From positions 375,224,001 to 375,288,000 of the forward strand of contig OZ024740.1 of NCBI GenBank assembly GCA_964016885.1: a stretch of 64,000 bases of DNA, given 5' to 3'. How positions within the stretch are numbered: the stretch's first letter is position 1; every line of letters starts with the position of its first letter. The notes under the pieces were generated by a model that was not told where the DNA came from, did not search any database, and worked only from the letters and a program-made list of their open reading frames with translations. Origin of the DNA: Eledone cirrhosa (taxonomy: Eukaryota). Shown here piece after piece: positions 1-13,080 of the stretch. The position numbers and the translations under genes were made by a program.

Positions 1-127
1 ATTTCACCGTATAGATAACATATATATTTATACATGCATAAAAGACACACCGAGAGACGGTGAAGATGTGGTGCCGAAAACATTTCTCATCCAAATCTCA
101 ACAATATCAGTATATACACTAGATTTG

Positions 128-164
128 CTAGCAGAAAACCGCCCACCGGGTGGTTTTCTGCTAG
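128..164. repeat. 17-bp-arm hairpin ending in CTAG on both strands (Helitron-like 3' terminus)
   Basis: ctagcagaaaaccgccc-acc-gggtggttttctgctag, with one G-T pair. Hairpin plus CTAG|T is the typical Helitron 3' end. Confidence 0.55.
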
Positions 165-169
165 TCTAC

Positions 170-1457
170 TTATATATATATAACAAGCAATTTCTCTGTC
201 TGTCTGTCCGACAGTGGAAACACGTGCGTAGAGAGAGAGTGAGAGTGAAAGAAAGAGACAGACTACGAGAGGGGGATAGCGGGAGGGAAAGAGGGAGAGA
301 GAGAGTGAATAGACGCTAAAACACGTGCTACAGAAACATTACCTTTCCCCTCTCCACTGACTTTGGTCACTGAGGCCGAGGGAATCGCGCTGAACGCGTC
401 ATAATAACGTAATGCAGACAGCCAGACATACAGACAGATATTATAGGGGCGCAACGTTATATCTATGTATCTATCTAAAAAGAAAGACTAAGAATGATAT
501 AGAGAGAACGCTAAATAGCCTAATGTGGTCCCTAGAGCATTGAAAATTTGAAATAATTTTTGCTCAACACACTCAGAGGACCATAAGTATTTCATGTCTA
601 ATGTTTGAAAACAATCGGTTGGATGGTTCTCAAGTTTTAGTGAGCTGACAGACAGACAGACATTCTCTGTTTTAGATATATAGACTAGCAGAGATGTATG
701 TGTGTGTGTGTGTGAATTTGAATCCCTAAAGCTCGAGAAGCACCCAACCGACTGTTTTCAAACTTTACACATGTAATACTTATGTTTCAGGGAGTGTTCT
801 GAGCAAATTTCAAATTTTCAATTCCCTAGAGACCGCATTAGGCGATTTAGCGATCTCTCTCTATAGTTCTTAGTATTTCTCTTTTTAGATAGATACATTC
901 ATATAGCGTCGCGCCCTTATAATATATGGCTGTATGTATGACTGTCTGCATTACGTCACTTCCCTGAGGATGTCGGTCTGCGTGTGGGTGTGTGTCTGTG
1001 AGTTTGAATCCCTAAAACTCGAGAAGTACCCAACCGACCTTTTTCAAACTTTACATGTGTATTACTTATGTTTTAGTGAGTGCATAAGAGAAATTCAACT
1101 TTCTGATCCCCTAGGGCCTGCATTAGGTGAAAAACTACGTTTTTCATGTTTTAGGGTTTGTTTTTAGGCATTACGTTAGACTGATTTCCTTGAAATTGTA
1201 ACTATGTATTAGTCAGTCTCTTCTTCATACCGTTAGCAAAGAAAATCTAACTTGTTTATGGCCTAGGGCCCGCATTATGTGAAAACCTACATTTTTCCTG
1301 CTTCATCGAGGAACATGTTAAAGATTATCCAGCCATCTGAGTATTCGGTTTATTTTCTTTACCTATTGTCCAGGCATGCAGTTTTTTCACGATTAGGTCT
1401 GTTGGCGGACCCCGTTCCAAAATACTTCATCCCGTGCAACTCCGGTACCACTGCTAG
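170..1457. mobile_element. Cluster of non-autonomous Helitron/Helentron-like (HINE-type) fragments
   Basis: (CTGT)n tracts; ~405-560 is a diverged inverted copy of ~805-960; ~700-840 is a direct copy of ~990-1130; ends cccgtgcaactccggtaccactgCTAG|T at 1431-1457. Confidence 0.55.
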
Positions 1458-1516
<59 letters not shown>

Positions 1517-1539
1517 ATGTATAAAAATCAATACAATAT

Positions 1540-1612
1540 AATCAATACAGAGGTTTCCCGAATGAGGCGAATACGAAAGAAACGTCTTCATTCGTTCGTC
1601 AGACGAGGCAAT
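1540..1612 (-). ncRNA. Hammerhead ribozyme copy in inverted pLTR, 3' arm of stem I missing
   Basis: Minus strand reads attgcctcgt CTGACGA ...tcattcgg GAAA cctctg tattgatt and lacks the atgaggt arm present in the 6041-6117 copy. Confidence 0.6.
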
Positions 1613-2318
1613 ATAAAACATGGGTAAATACTTGGAAAGTCTCATCAAGAAAAGCAAAAAGACAAAAAAGATATAGACAAATGAATTAGAATATGAAATA
1701 TATAATAATCTTTCAAGAAATATAGTTAGGTGTGTGTATACATATGTATATACGCTCACAGATGTGCATATATGTGTATGCACATATGTATCCGTATAGT
1801 GAAAAAGTGTGCGTAAATATATAATTTAGGGCAAACGTATCTGTATGTCTGTAATCTACAGACAGAATAGATACATCATAAGAATATGAAGGCACGCGCA
1901 TAAACACACCTACACACACGTACACATAGATGCGGAAGTAAAAGAGGTAAGGGAGTGTAATAATTAAAGGAAAGTATCAATCTCGATATATTTATAAAAA
2001 TGGAACAATAAATTTAGAAGGAAAAAATTAAAGAAAAGAAGACAAAAAAGGTACATACATGCACACACGTATATCTCACAAAAGAAACGCAAATATATAC
2101 ATGCTTATATACACACGCACACTTACACATCCATACGTTCGATACGTACACACACACACATACACACACACACACACATACTTACACTCACGCATATTGA
2201 CCTGTTTGCATGTACACGCATAAAAATGAGTAAGTAAAAAAAGGGGGGGAGAAGAAAAAAGGAACAAAACATAAAACCTAGATGTAAAAACACGGATATA
2301 AAGACTCATACACATACG

Positions 2319-2383
<65 letters not shown>

Positions 2384-2613
2384 GCACGCGCGCGCAGATA
2401 AGTAGTCGCCCATGTACATATATAGAAAGTATACACACATTAAGGCGTTCAGCCACATTGATACAGGCTGTAAAAAACTTGTGGATAAGTAAGTACAAAT
2501 ATAAAATTGTAAGATTGGCTGCGCAAAAATAAAAAAATATAAATAAAAATAAAAAATATATCTGGAGTGGAAAACACAAAAGGAGGTGTTATTGGTGTAT
2601 GTGAAGATACCCT

Positions 2614-4710
2614 TTGGACTACTCTGTAAAGAATATCCCAACACCTTCTAACACTCTCTACACGAAAATACTGATAGACAAAGTAGAGAAGATTGTTAAA
2701 AGAATGAGATGGAAAGCTTTGATTCTCGATGGACACTTTAACACGGATTCTACGGCATATTTTGACATCAAAACTCATAAATACCCGCAAAGAGTAAAAG
2801 ATATGACCGCCTTTGAATTAGACCTAGTTAACCTAATCAACAATATTAATTTTCGTAAGTACTCTAACCCTTTTCAATCTAAACTATCTAATGATATTTC
2901 AACTTTCAAATCTTCTAATAATAAGTTCATCTCCGATAAAACTAAAAACCTATATGAAGTTAATAATAATTTACACGACCAACTATTAATAGATAATATC
3001 ACCTCTAAATACCAAATAGCTAATATAAATACGTACCATAATATAAATAAGGAAGCTAAAGAATTAGCTGTTTCTTTAAAAATAGATAATAGGACAGAAA
3101 AACTTGCTAAACGTTCTGCGTACATCACCCTTAAAGATCATAAACCCGACTTTATTAATCGTCCTAGTTGTAGATTAATCAACCCTGCTAAGACTGATAT
3201 CGGTCTTGCCAGCAAAAAAATTTTAAATAAATTAAATACACACATTAGAAGTAAGTCTAAATTACTCCAATGGATAAATAGCTCTTCCGTAGTACATTGG
3301 TTTAATAATATTAAAAACAAAAATAGTTCTAGATTCACCCAATTTGACATTGTAGATTTCTACCCATCTATCCCTCAGACCCTTTTAGCGAAAGCTTTAA
3401 ATTTCGCTAGAGGGTTTACTAATATCTCCGATATTGAAGAGAATGTCATCTTGCACGCTAGAAACACTCTACTTTTTAATGATAATGGCACTTGGGTAAA
3501 AATATCTAACCCAGAGAACCCATTCGATGTCTCGATGGGCTCTTACGACAGTGCTGATGTTTGTGATCTGGTCGGCCTATTCCTCCTACATACACTTAAA
3601 GAAAAATTTCCTAACCATATTTTTGGGCTTTATCGCGACGATGGTCTAATACTTTCCCATACCACCATAGGCCATAACTTAGATAGATTAAGGAAAGACT
3701 TAATAAAAACCTTCGCTAGTTTTAATCTTAAAATTACTATTGACACTAACCTTTCCAATGTAGATTTCCTAGATATAAACCTAGATTTGCCTACTGCTTC
3801 TTATAAACCATACCATAAACCTAATGAAAACTTAAAATATATAAATAAAGGCTCTTGCCATCCACCTATAGTTTTTAAAAACCTTATCCCTAATATTAGC
3901 CGTAGGATCTCCACCCTCTCTTCCTCAGAAGCTATTTTTAATAAGGCATCCCCTACTATAATAAAGCCCTCCAAAATAGCGGTTTCAGCGAACCGATTAA
4001 ATACATACCCAACTATACTAACTCTATTAACATAAAAACAGGAAAAGAAAAATAATCTGGTTCACCCCCCCCCCCCCCCTACTCTCTAGCAGTTAAAACT
4101 AGTGTAGGCAAAAAATTCCTAGAGCTCCTAGATAAACATTTCCCTAGAACACATAGATACCATGAGATCTTTAACAGAAACTGTGTCAAAATTAGCTATT
4201 CCTGCGGTCCCCTTATTAAGTCCTATATCATCAACAAAATATCACCTAGAGAAAATCAAACTTGCTCCTGTAAAATCAAAAGCGAATGCCCATTACAGGG
4301 TAAATGCAACACCAAAGCCATTGTATATGCGGCTAAAGTGACAACCATCAGCAACAACCATCCAGCCACCAGTGAATGATATGTGGGTATGACGCAAGAC
4401 AAATTCAAAACGCGTTATTACTCACATGTGGCATCCTTTCGAAATCCAGAAAAAAAATTTACAACAGCTCTGGCTAGCAGAATTTGGGATTTGAAAGACC
4501 AAGGCATCCAAGATAAAATAGATTGGTCAATTTTGAACGAATCTAAAGAATATACTAGAGGAACAAGAAAATGCACGCTCTGCATAAATGAAAAATATTG
4601 GATATTGCAAAATCTAAAATCACCAAAGACCTGCATGAACACAAAGACGTAAATTTTCACCAGTTGCCCACACATGAAATCACACCTGCTTTCCAGCTCA
4701 TATAAACTTA
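2614..4710 (+). pseudogene. PLE reverse transcriptase + GIY-YIG endonuclease, disrupted
   Basis: ORF 2614-4035 has YSVKNIP, KRMRWKA, TLKDHK, CRLINP, FDIVDFYPSI, FDVSMGSYD and GLYRDDGL. A frameshift occurs near 3960. Downstream: CSCKIKSECPLQGKC, IVYAAKV..E*YVGMT..FKTRYYSH, CTLCINEK and CPH, with in-frame stops near 4377 and 4650. Confidence 0.9.
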
Positions 4711-4804
4711 ACACACTTTCAGATACTTATCCTCCATAAACTCTTATTATTCTCTTTTTAATTATCCTTTCTGATTTACTTTCATTTTTATCCTTATCAT
4801 TAAT

Positions 4805-4990
4805 TTCATTTATTTTTATTTTTATATTTATTTTTTTATTTTTATTTTTATTTTTATTTTTATTTTTATTTTTATTTTTATTTATTTTATTTTTTTATTT
4901 ATTTTTTTTTTATTTTTTTTTTTTTATTTTATTTATTTATTTATTTTTTTTTTATTTATTTATTTATTTATTTTTTTTTTTTTTTTTTTA
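4805..4990. repeat. T-rich low-complexity (TTTTTA/TTTA)n tract in PLE 3' UTR
   Basis: Read directly from the sequence. Confidence 0.9.
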
Positions 4991-5468
4991 CATCGACCAA
5001 TAACCTCGCCCCCCTTTATTCTCCGATTCACTTACCTAATATTTTCACTTTCCATTTGTTACTTTCCTATTTCCTTCACTAACTGATTACACTTGTCATT
5101 TGTGTTTTCCACTTCAGATATATTTTTTTATTTTTATTTTTATTTTTTTATTTTTGCGCAACCAATCTTACAATTTTATATTTGTACTTACTTATCCACA
5201 AGTTTTTTACACCCTGTATCAATGTGGCTGAACACCTTAATGTGTGTATAGTTTCTATATATGTACATGAGCGACTACGTATGTGCGCGCGCGTGCGTGT
5301 ATATATATATATATATATATATATATGGATGCGTATTTGTATGTGTCTTTATATCCGTGTTTTTACATCTAGGTTTTATGTTTTGTTCCTTTTTTCTTCT
5401 CCCCCCTTTTTTTACTTACTCATTGTTATGCGTGTGCATGCAAACAGGTCAATATGCGTGAGTGTAAG

Positions 5469-5506
<38 letters not shown>

Positions 5507-6040
5507 TATCGAACGTATGGATGTGTAAGTGTGCGTGTGTACATAAGCATGTATATGTTTGCGTTTCTTTTGTGAGATATACGTGTGTGTGTATGTATGT
5601 ACCTTTTTTGTCTTCTTTTCTTTAATTTTTTCTTTCTAAATTTATTGTTCCATTTTTATAAATATATCGAGATTGATACTTTCCTTTAATTATTACACTC
5701 CCTTACCTCTTTTACTTCCGCATCTAAGTGTACGTGTGTGTAGGTGTGTTTATGCGCGTGCCTTCATATTCTTATGATGTATCTATTCTGTCTGTAGATT
5801 ACAGACATACAGATACATTTGCCCTAAATTATATATTTACGCACACTTTTTCACTATACGTATACATATGTGCATACACATATATGCACATCTGTAAGCG
5901 TATATACATACATATACACACACCTAACTATATTTCTTGAAAGATTATTATATATTTCATATTCTAATTCATTTGTCTATATCTTTTTTGTTTTTTTGCT
6001 TTTCTTGATGAGACTTTCCAAGTATTTACCCATGTTTTAT

Positions 6041-6117
6041 ATTGCCTCGTCTGACGAACGAATGAAGACGTTTCTTTCGTATTCGCCTCATTCGGAAACC
6101 TCTGGTAATGAGGTAAT
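6041..6117 (+). ncRNA. Type I hammerhead ribozyme in PLE pLTR
   Basis: Stem I attgcctcgt/atgaggtaat; core CTGACGA; stem II cgaatga...tcattcg; GAAA-cc-tct-gg-TA, with predicted cleavage after GUA at 6107. Confidence 0.8.
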
Positions 6118-6217
6118 TATATTGTGTTGATTTTTATACTTTAAATGTTGGTCTGATACTTACATAGAGCACTCTTCACTTTTATGACCTTTTCTGTTTT
6201 CAACGGAAATTTCAATA

Positions 6218-6283
<66 letters not shown>

Positions 6284-6693
6284 AAGCAAATAAAATTTCA
6301 AAGATACGAGATATTTCCTGGTGGAAGTTCCGATGTACTCCGGGTTGGTATCCTGTTTCGAGGTGAAAGTCCAATCACAACATCCAACGAATTACTAGCG
6401 TCCGAAACGTTAAGACACTCTTCCTGCTATATCAAGCGTTAACCTAATACATACCTTCCATATACTGTTTCAATTGTGTTGTTATTTCTGTTTATCCTTT
6501 ACATGCATATATGTATATATATATATATATAGTATTAGTTATACTATTTATGGTTATGTAAACACAAAACCTTAAGCAGTTGTAAGTATTTTACACACAC
6601 CCTAAATAGTGGTAGGCAGTAATGTATTACTACCTTATTACCAGTAAGTTAAGTAGCTCAATGTAAAAACATCAGATGATTTACAGAGCAGTT

Positions 6694-6877
6694 ATATGAA
6701 ATATAAGAATCAAAGAACTGTTCAAAACATTATTTATTGGTATGTCTCTCGGCTGAAATGGAGGTCATATAACTGTCCATGCATTAATAAATTGCTCCGA
6801 AGAATCCAAACCTCGGTTTGGAGGAAACAGCTGTAAGCACAATAATGTTTTGAACAGTTCTTTGATTCTTATATTTC

Positions 6878-6881
<4 letters not shown>
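6694..6881 (+). mobile_element. Short PLE pLTR-like fragment with perfect 41-bp inverted repeat
   Basis: 6694-6734 is the reverse complement of 6841-6881; encloses an HHR-like motif; followed by (TA)n. Confidence 0.65.
6793..6839 (+). ncRNA. Minimal type I hammerhead with U4>C core change
   Basis: tgct-CCGAAGA-a-tccaaacc-tc-ggtttgga-g-GAAA-cagctg-TA-agca; palindromic stem III. Confidence 0.65.
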
Positions 6882-6963
<82 letters not shown>

Positions 6964-7000
6964 CACACATACAGATACACACACATACGCACACACACAC

Positions 7001-7133
<133 letters not shown>

Positions 7134-7439
7134 CACATACACATATATTTACCTACATATATATATATATATGCTTGTTTTTGTAGTATTGTGTGTTTTA
7201 GTTTGTTTGTTAGTCACTGGTCTTTTTGTGGAGGGTAGAGGGGTTGTTTGGGGAAAGAATGTGCGTGAATAAATTCATTTTTAATTCATGGTGTTTGCAC
7301 GGATGTGTGAAAGATGGTGTCTATGTGTATACATACACATATATATATATACACACACTCACTCATATATATATATATATATATATATATACACGCGCGC
7401 GCGTGTATATGTGCAAATGTGTGCAAATCGATCTGTCTG

Positions 7440-8870
7440 TATGTATATATGTAATTATTCAATGGGCCCTCATGAATAATTTAATGGGTGATCACACATT
7501 TAATTTTAGTTTAAGAAATAGTTTTTCTTTACTTATTCTTTGTTGTTGTGTGAAAGAATCTGAGCACTTATAAAGGGAGAACATTTTAAAGTTGCGTAAA
7601 TTCATTCCTGCAAAATCTGCAATGTGGCTAGTTAAGGGGATTTTCCTTGTGTTTAAGTCTCGGATTTGTAAGCTATGGATATTCATTCTTTTGCATAAGG
7701 AAACACCCATCTGTCCTATGTAGTTATGTTGACATCAACTGCTTGTTATTATGTAGATCAGGTTCTCTGAGGTGCAAGGGAAGTTGTTTCTCACTGTAAA
7801 ATGGTAATATTTAAATGTGAATTTCTGTCCTTCAATTAAGTATAGGCATTTGCCACTGTTTGTTTTTTCTGCATTTTGCGGAGGGTTGGAGATCGGTTTG
7901 TGTATATTTGTTCCAGTGAGAATGTGTTTTAGTGATTTGGATTGCCTTTACTTTTAATGTTCTTGTGTGTTTCTAGGATGTTTTTGATTTTTTCATCTTT
8001 AAATAGAATGGGGAGGATTTTGTGTAGGTGGTCTAACATTTCAGTGTTTCTGGGGTTGAAGATCGATATATATGATAAGGTATTGTTCGTGGTTCTGTGT
8101 TTGGATTGATAAGATGATAAACATTTGCGTGATTTGCTCTGTCAATTCCGTTATTAATTTTTGTCAAGTGGGAAGGCTTTTAAGGTAAATATGCTTTTAG
8201 TTCATTTAGTCTTTTTCCCGTTTAGCTGGGTCTGATGCTTTGGTGCATATAGGTTTAGCTAAGTTAAAATGAATGTTACATATTTTATGTTTAGGGTGAT
8301 TTGATGTGAAGTGAAGGTACTGTTTGGAGTCCATGGGTTTAAAAACGAAGTATGTTTCTATTTTTGGATCTGTATTTAAAATAACGTTATCCAAAATAAG
8401 GGTAATTCCTCGGAGTTGGATTCCATTGTGAATTGTATGTTATTGATTATGTTGTTTATCATATTGTTGAAAATAGTAAGCGTATTCATGTTTTCCGTCC
8501 ATAGTATAAAGCAATCATTTACGTATCTCCTTCAATTATTTTTGAAATTTGAAATTTTGTAGATTTTTTGTTCATTGTAATCTATGACTACGTTGGCGTA
8601 TGTGTGGGCTACCTTAGTGCCCATTGCAGTACCTGAGAAGTTGGAGCATTGAAAGTAAAGTAATAATTCTGTAAGATAAATCGGAGTCCGTCAATAATAA
8701 AACTTTTGCGTGGTGCTATTTCAGATTGGTGTGTGTCTAGCCAGTACTGAGTTGGCATGATTCCATAGCTGTGGGGTACGTTAGTGTAAAGATTTACTAC
8801 GTCAAAGGAGACCAGCATTGTGTCTTATCTTACCGTTTTAGGTATCACCAATTGGAAAGAAAAGACCAAC
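7440..8870 (-). pseudogene. Degenerate PLE RT/GIY-YIG fragment (Neptune-like)
   Basis: [47 protein letters not shown]...NYIGQ; many stops; similar to the element at 29050-31700. Confidence 0.8.
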
Positions 8871-8894
8871 GGGAACATTGTTTTAGTTGATCGG

Positions 8895-8983
<89 letters not shown>

Positions 8984-8994
8984 TATATACATAG

Positions 8995-9135
8995 TCAATC
9001 GTCTTTCGTTAGAGCGAACTGAAATAAACAATGTTTCCACTGGTCTTTCTAATTGCTAATACTTTCTATCGGTCGCAACTCCAGGTAGAAGGAGCAAAGT
9101 GAAATAAAGATGTCTTGCCCAACGACGTAACGCAT
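8995..9135 (-). mobile_element. Degenerate SINE fragment (CORE/Meta-like central domain)
   Basis: gagcaaagtgaaataaagatgtcttgcccaacgacgtaacgc resembles the reverse complement of the gcgttgtgtccttgggcaagacact SINE motif, recalled from memory. Confidence 0.4.
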
Positions 9136-9200
9136 ATATATATAAAGTGAGATGGCTGGAGGCCAAATATAGTTACCCTCCGATGTATTATATACATATA

Positions 9201-9378
<178 letters not shown>

Positions 9379-11357
9379 AGCGTAACTATATACATACGAC
9401 ATACTGTACCCTGTCTATACGCAAAACAGTCTACATTTGATGTTTTTCCAACTCATTCAATTATTTCTAAATCATTTCATTTTTCTTTATTAGATATTGT
9501 ATATCTTCAAATTTTCATATACATACGAGTTCGTTTAAACGATGTAAATACAAATTATGAATATGTAGACAACTTTAAAGATATTACAAGGAAAATAATA
9601 TCGGTTTTATGCAATATCAAATTTTACTAATAAAATAGTATATCCCATTACGTTATTGAAATAGAGATATCACCTAAAACACATGTCTCTAATAAAATAT
9701 TTACTAGCTGATACTCTCTAGTTTTTCACTCTGTAGAAAGATACAGGATATCAGCATTTTAATGTATTTTATATGAAGTACGATATCAGTAGAGAAAAAG
9801 GCGTTTACTCTTTTTGGAACATTCAGCCACCTCAAAGTATCGGTCTTGTGGGCTCCAGTATAATAGTATTTGAATGAAAATATTTGCTGTATTGTTAGAT
9901 TCCAGAGATTTCGTCGTCCCACAATAGTATTTCAGTAAAATCCCCAATATGTCTTGACTACACTTCGCCTCGGAACATCACTTGAAGCAATTGAACTATT
10001 GTTTATTCATATTGACTTAATTCACCAGCGCATTTAATTAGATATCCTTGAATTCTGAAAAAAGATGTAAAAGAAGAAAACAAGGGCACATTGCTAAAAT
10101 TGAATTATTAAAGATACGTTTGCCTTATTTAAACTCTAAATATATTTATTTGACGTTAATTAAATATATAATCATAATTCAATTTAAACCGCTTGATTAT
10201 TATTACATATTTTCCTTTTAATTGTGAAGAATATCAGATGATTGCCCCCAATCAATATTTGAAACCTGAAATTTATTGAACAGTTGATGAAGATGTTATC
10301 ATTTGAAATGCATTTTTGAATTTTAATTTATTGTTGAATGCATGTGTCATACCGATTAATACGCTAAGACTATTTAAATATTCTTAAGATTAAAAATATA
10401 TTATTCCTGTATGCGATTTAGAATTGAGATAATGTTAAAGTTTCTTTCAAAATTTTAAATTACTTCTCGTTTTCCCAAAACTAATATGTGACGCCATTCT
10501 GTTGTTGTTTAATATTTTCTTTTATTAGATCAGAAAATCCACACGAACAAAATTTTCTGAAGCGAGAAGCTTCAACATTAACGTCATACACTGTTTACAA
10601 GGATCACTACCTTAGCGCATGAAATAACATAACATTTTCAATAGGATTTCTTTGTATAGCCTTTTGATTTCTAGAATTATATACGGTGTATCAATAGTCT
10701 GTCAAGAAGATATTTTTAGGTAAACGTACAGTCTATTATTTCTTCTTAATTTATAATTTGTTACACAGATCTGATATCGAGTCAATTTAATTATTTCCAT
10801 TAACTTGTCTCTGATAATCATAGAGCAACACTGGTTAAGGTCGACAACACAATCTCACATAGTGGTGAAAAAATATATGTGTATATATACATGCGTATGT
10901 ATGTATGCAAATACATGTGCGTACCTCTCATTATTTCTCAAACTCCCTCACGCTAGAGTAACCACGGAAGTATGGAAACTGCTTTTAAAGAAAAAATATA
11001 AACATTTTCAGTCAAGCTTACCACCCATAGCCTTGATATCAGCCTTGTTATCATATCAATATCTACCTCCGACTTCTGAGATATTTTTCACCGCTACAAG
11101 GGATTTAGTCCCATTTCTTGACCGGTGTATCACGTGATACACCGCCTTTTTTAGATTGTCTCGCTTGCTACGGATGTGTCTGGAAGCGCTCTTTCCCTGA
11201 AGTGTTCCCTTGAAAAGCTGGCTTACCTCACAACAATCAATGTTGCATCTCTATGATGTAAGATTGTTGCATACTGACCAGTGAAGCTGTACAGTCTGGA
11301 CATCGAAGAAAAATTGGGTATATATCTGTGTCTATTAATTCTTCTTACTTTATAATT

Positions 11358-11492
<135 letters not shown>

Positions 11493-12114
11493 GATTTATA
11501 GATTCACAACAATGATCAAGAAGAAAGAAAATAAATGACCGGAAATCAACCAGGGGAATTTTAATCTGTATCTTTTGCATCCCGGCCAACTATGCTATAT
11601 CCACACGAAAAGGCAGCCGATATTAGTTTCAGTCTAAATTAATGAGTTACGTAAAAGGTTTAACAGGGGCATTCATCAACGTTTGTCATTTTTCTGTGAG
11701 TAGTGAGCAACGAGGGAGATTCATGTTTACTCATAGCTAAGGATCAAGGTTTCTTACTATACAAATGTGTGGGAAATTATTAAGAGACATTGGATAGAGA
11801 TCGTTTACAAACGAATACAGTAAAATTAGCAACAAGACTGTGTGACTTCTTATAAGACCATGATGATCCAAAAATAGATCCAGACCTGAAACCGTTGGAA
11901 ACCTACGTAGTCGAGAGGGAAGTCAAGCAATGTCCAAAAAAGATTAAAGTAATCTGATTCATACATGTCAACCTTTCAGACATGGTATCGATGTTAACGG
12001 CAAAATTATCCATGCCAATTTTTTTATCAAATAAAACTCGTCTTTCATGACATATGCGATGTTTACTAATATTATGCTATTGTCCTCTAAGAACTGTGCA
12101 ACTTGTAGGTTTGA

Positions 12115-12850
12115 TGTCAGCGCTAGGTGGTTAAGAACGTTTGTAGCTTAGAGTTATGGCCATTTACGTTCTGTGTTCAAATCCAACCGAGGTTAATTTT
12201 GCCTTTAACCGTTAGGGGTCGATAAAACAAAGCATCAGTAATGCACTAGGGTAATTGCTGGCCCTGTGCCAAAAGTATAATCATTATCATTTTAGATGTT
12301 ATCAGGGCGTTTCGATTGGCAGTATCGCTGTAACATCCTAGAACATGCTATGCGGCGTATAATTATGTCTGAGTAGATTCTTAGTTCAAATTCCACCGAG
12401 TTTCGCATTGCCTTTCATCCTAACGGGATCGATAACATAAAGTACCAGAAATCTACTGGAGTTGATTTTAACGCTGTTTTTCTCTCACCAAATATTTGGC
12501 TCTGTGACTAAATCAGAAATCAGTATTGGTGGATTGGCAGTATCGGTAGAGCGTCAAACACCATGCATTGCAGCATAGTGTTATGGCCCATTCTGTACTG
12601 AGTTCAAATCCTGCCGAGGTTAACTTTGCCTTTCATCCTTACAGCGTCGATAAAATAAAGCACCAGTCACGCACTGTGGTCGATTTAATCGACTTTCCCT
12701 CTCCCAAAATTGCTGGCTTTGTGCCTATAAAAGAAACCATTATTAGGTGGTAGATATTCAGCATCGTAGGGCGTCGGACAACACACTTTGTAACATATGG
12801 TTACATCCCTTTACGTTCTCCACAAAATTGACGGCCTTGAGCTTCGGCCA
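12115..12850 (+). mobile_element. Head-to-tail cluster of about 4 diverged tRNA-derived SINE copies
   Basis: Repeated tggcagtatcggtaga (A-box-like), gagttcaaatcc (B-box) and gaggttaactttgcctttcatcct...gtcgataaaataaagtaccag. Confidence 0.85.
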
Positions 12851-12915
12851 GTAAAATTGGTGTGTCTTTTCTTGTTGTTGTTATGGCTAGAACGGCAATA
12901 ACAATGACAACATTA

Positions 12916-13003
12916 ACTACTACTACTACTACTACTGCTACTACTACTACTACTACTACTACTACTGCTACTACTACTACTGCTGCTGCTGCTCCCGCTA
13001 CTG

Positions 13004-13054
<51 letters not shown>

Positions 13055-13080
13055 ATACTACTACTACTACTACTAATACT
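12916..13080. repeat. (ACT)n/(GCT)n trinucleotide microsatellite
   Basis: Read directly from the sequence. Confidence 0.95.

Larger units (their letters stand above)
1516..6219 (+). mobile_element. Near full-length Penelope-like retroelement (Naiad-type) with inverted 5' pLTR, inserted in (TA)n
   Basis: RT plus GIY-YIG coding region; 1519-2580 is the reverse complement of 5099-6139; (TA)n on both sides; HHR in the pLTR. Confidence 0.9.

Noticed and set aside
4377-4379. In-frame TGA in the GIY-YIG domain as possible selenocysteine (reported for some Naiads)
   Set aside because: It does not fall at an evident Cys position, the copy has other lesions (frameshift, TAA at 4650), and I saw no SECIS; decay is the simpler explanation.
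6310-6420. HHR-like remnant (ctggtgg...ccgaaacgtta)
   Set aside because: Core too degenerate and stem I unclear.
9704-10085. Possible host exon on the minus strand (polypyrimidine tract + CAG near 10056)
   Set aside because: No recognisable protein and no partner exons; needs RNA-seq.
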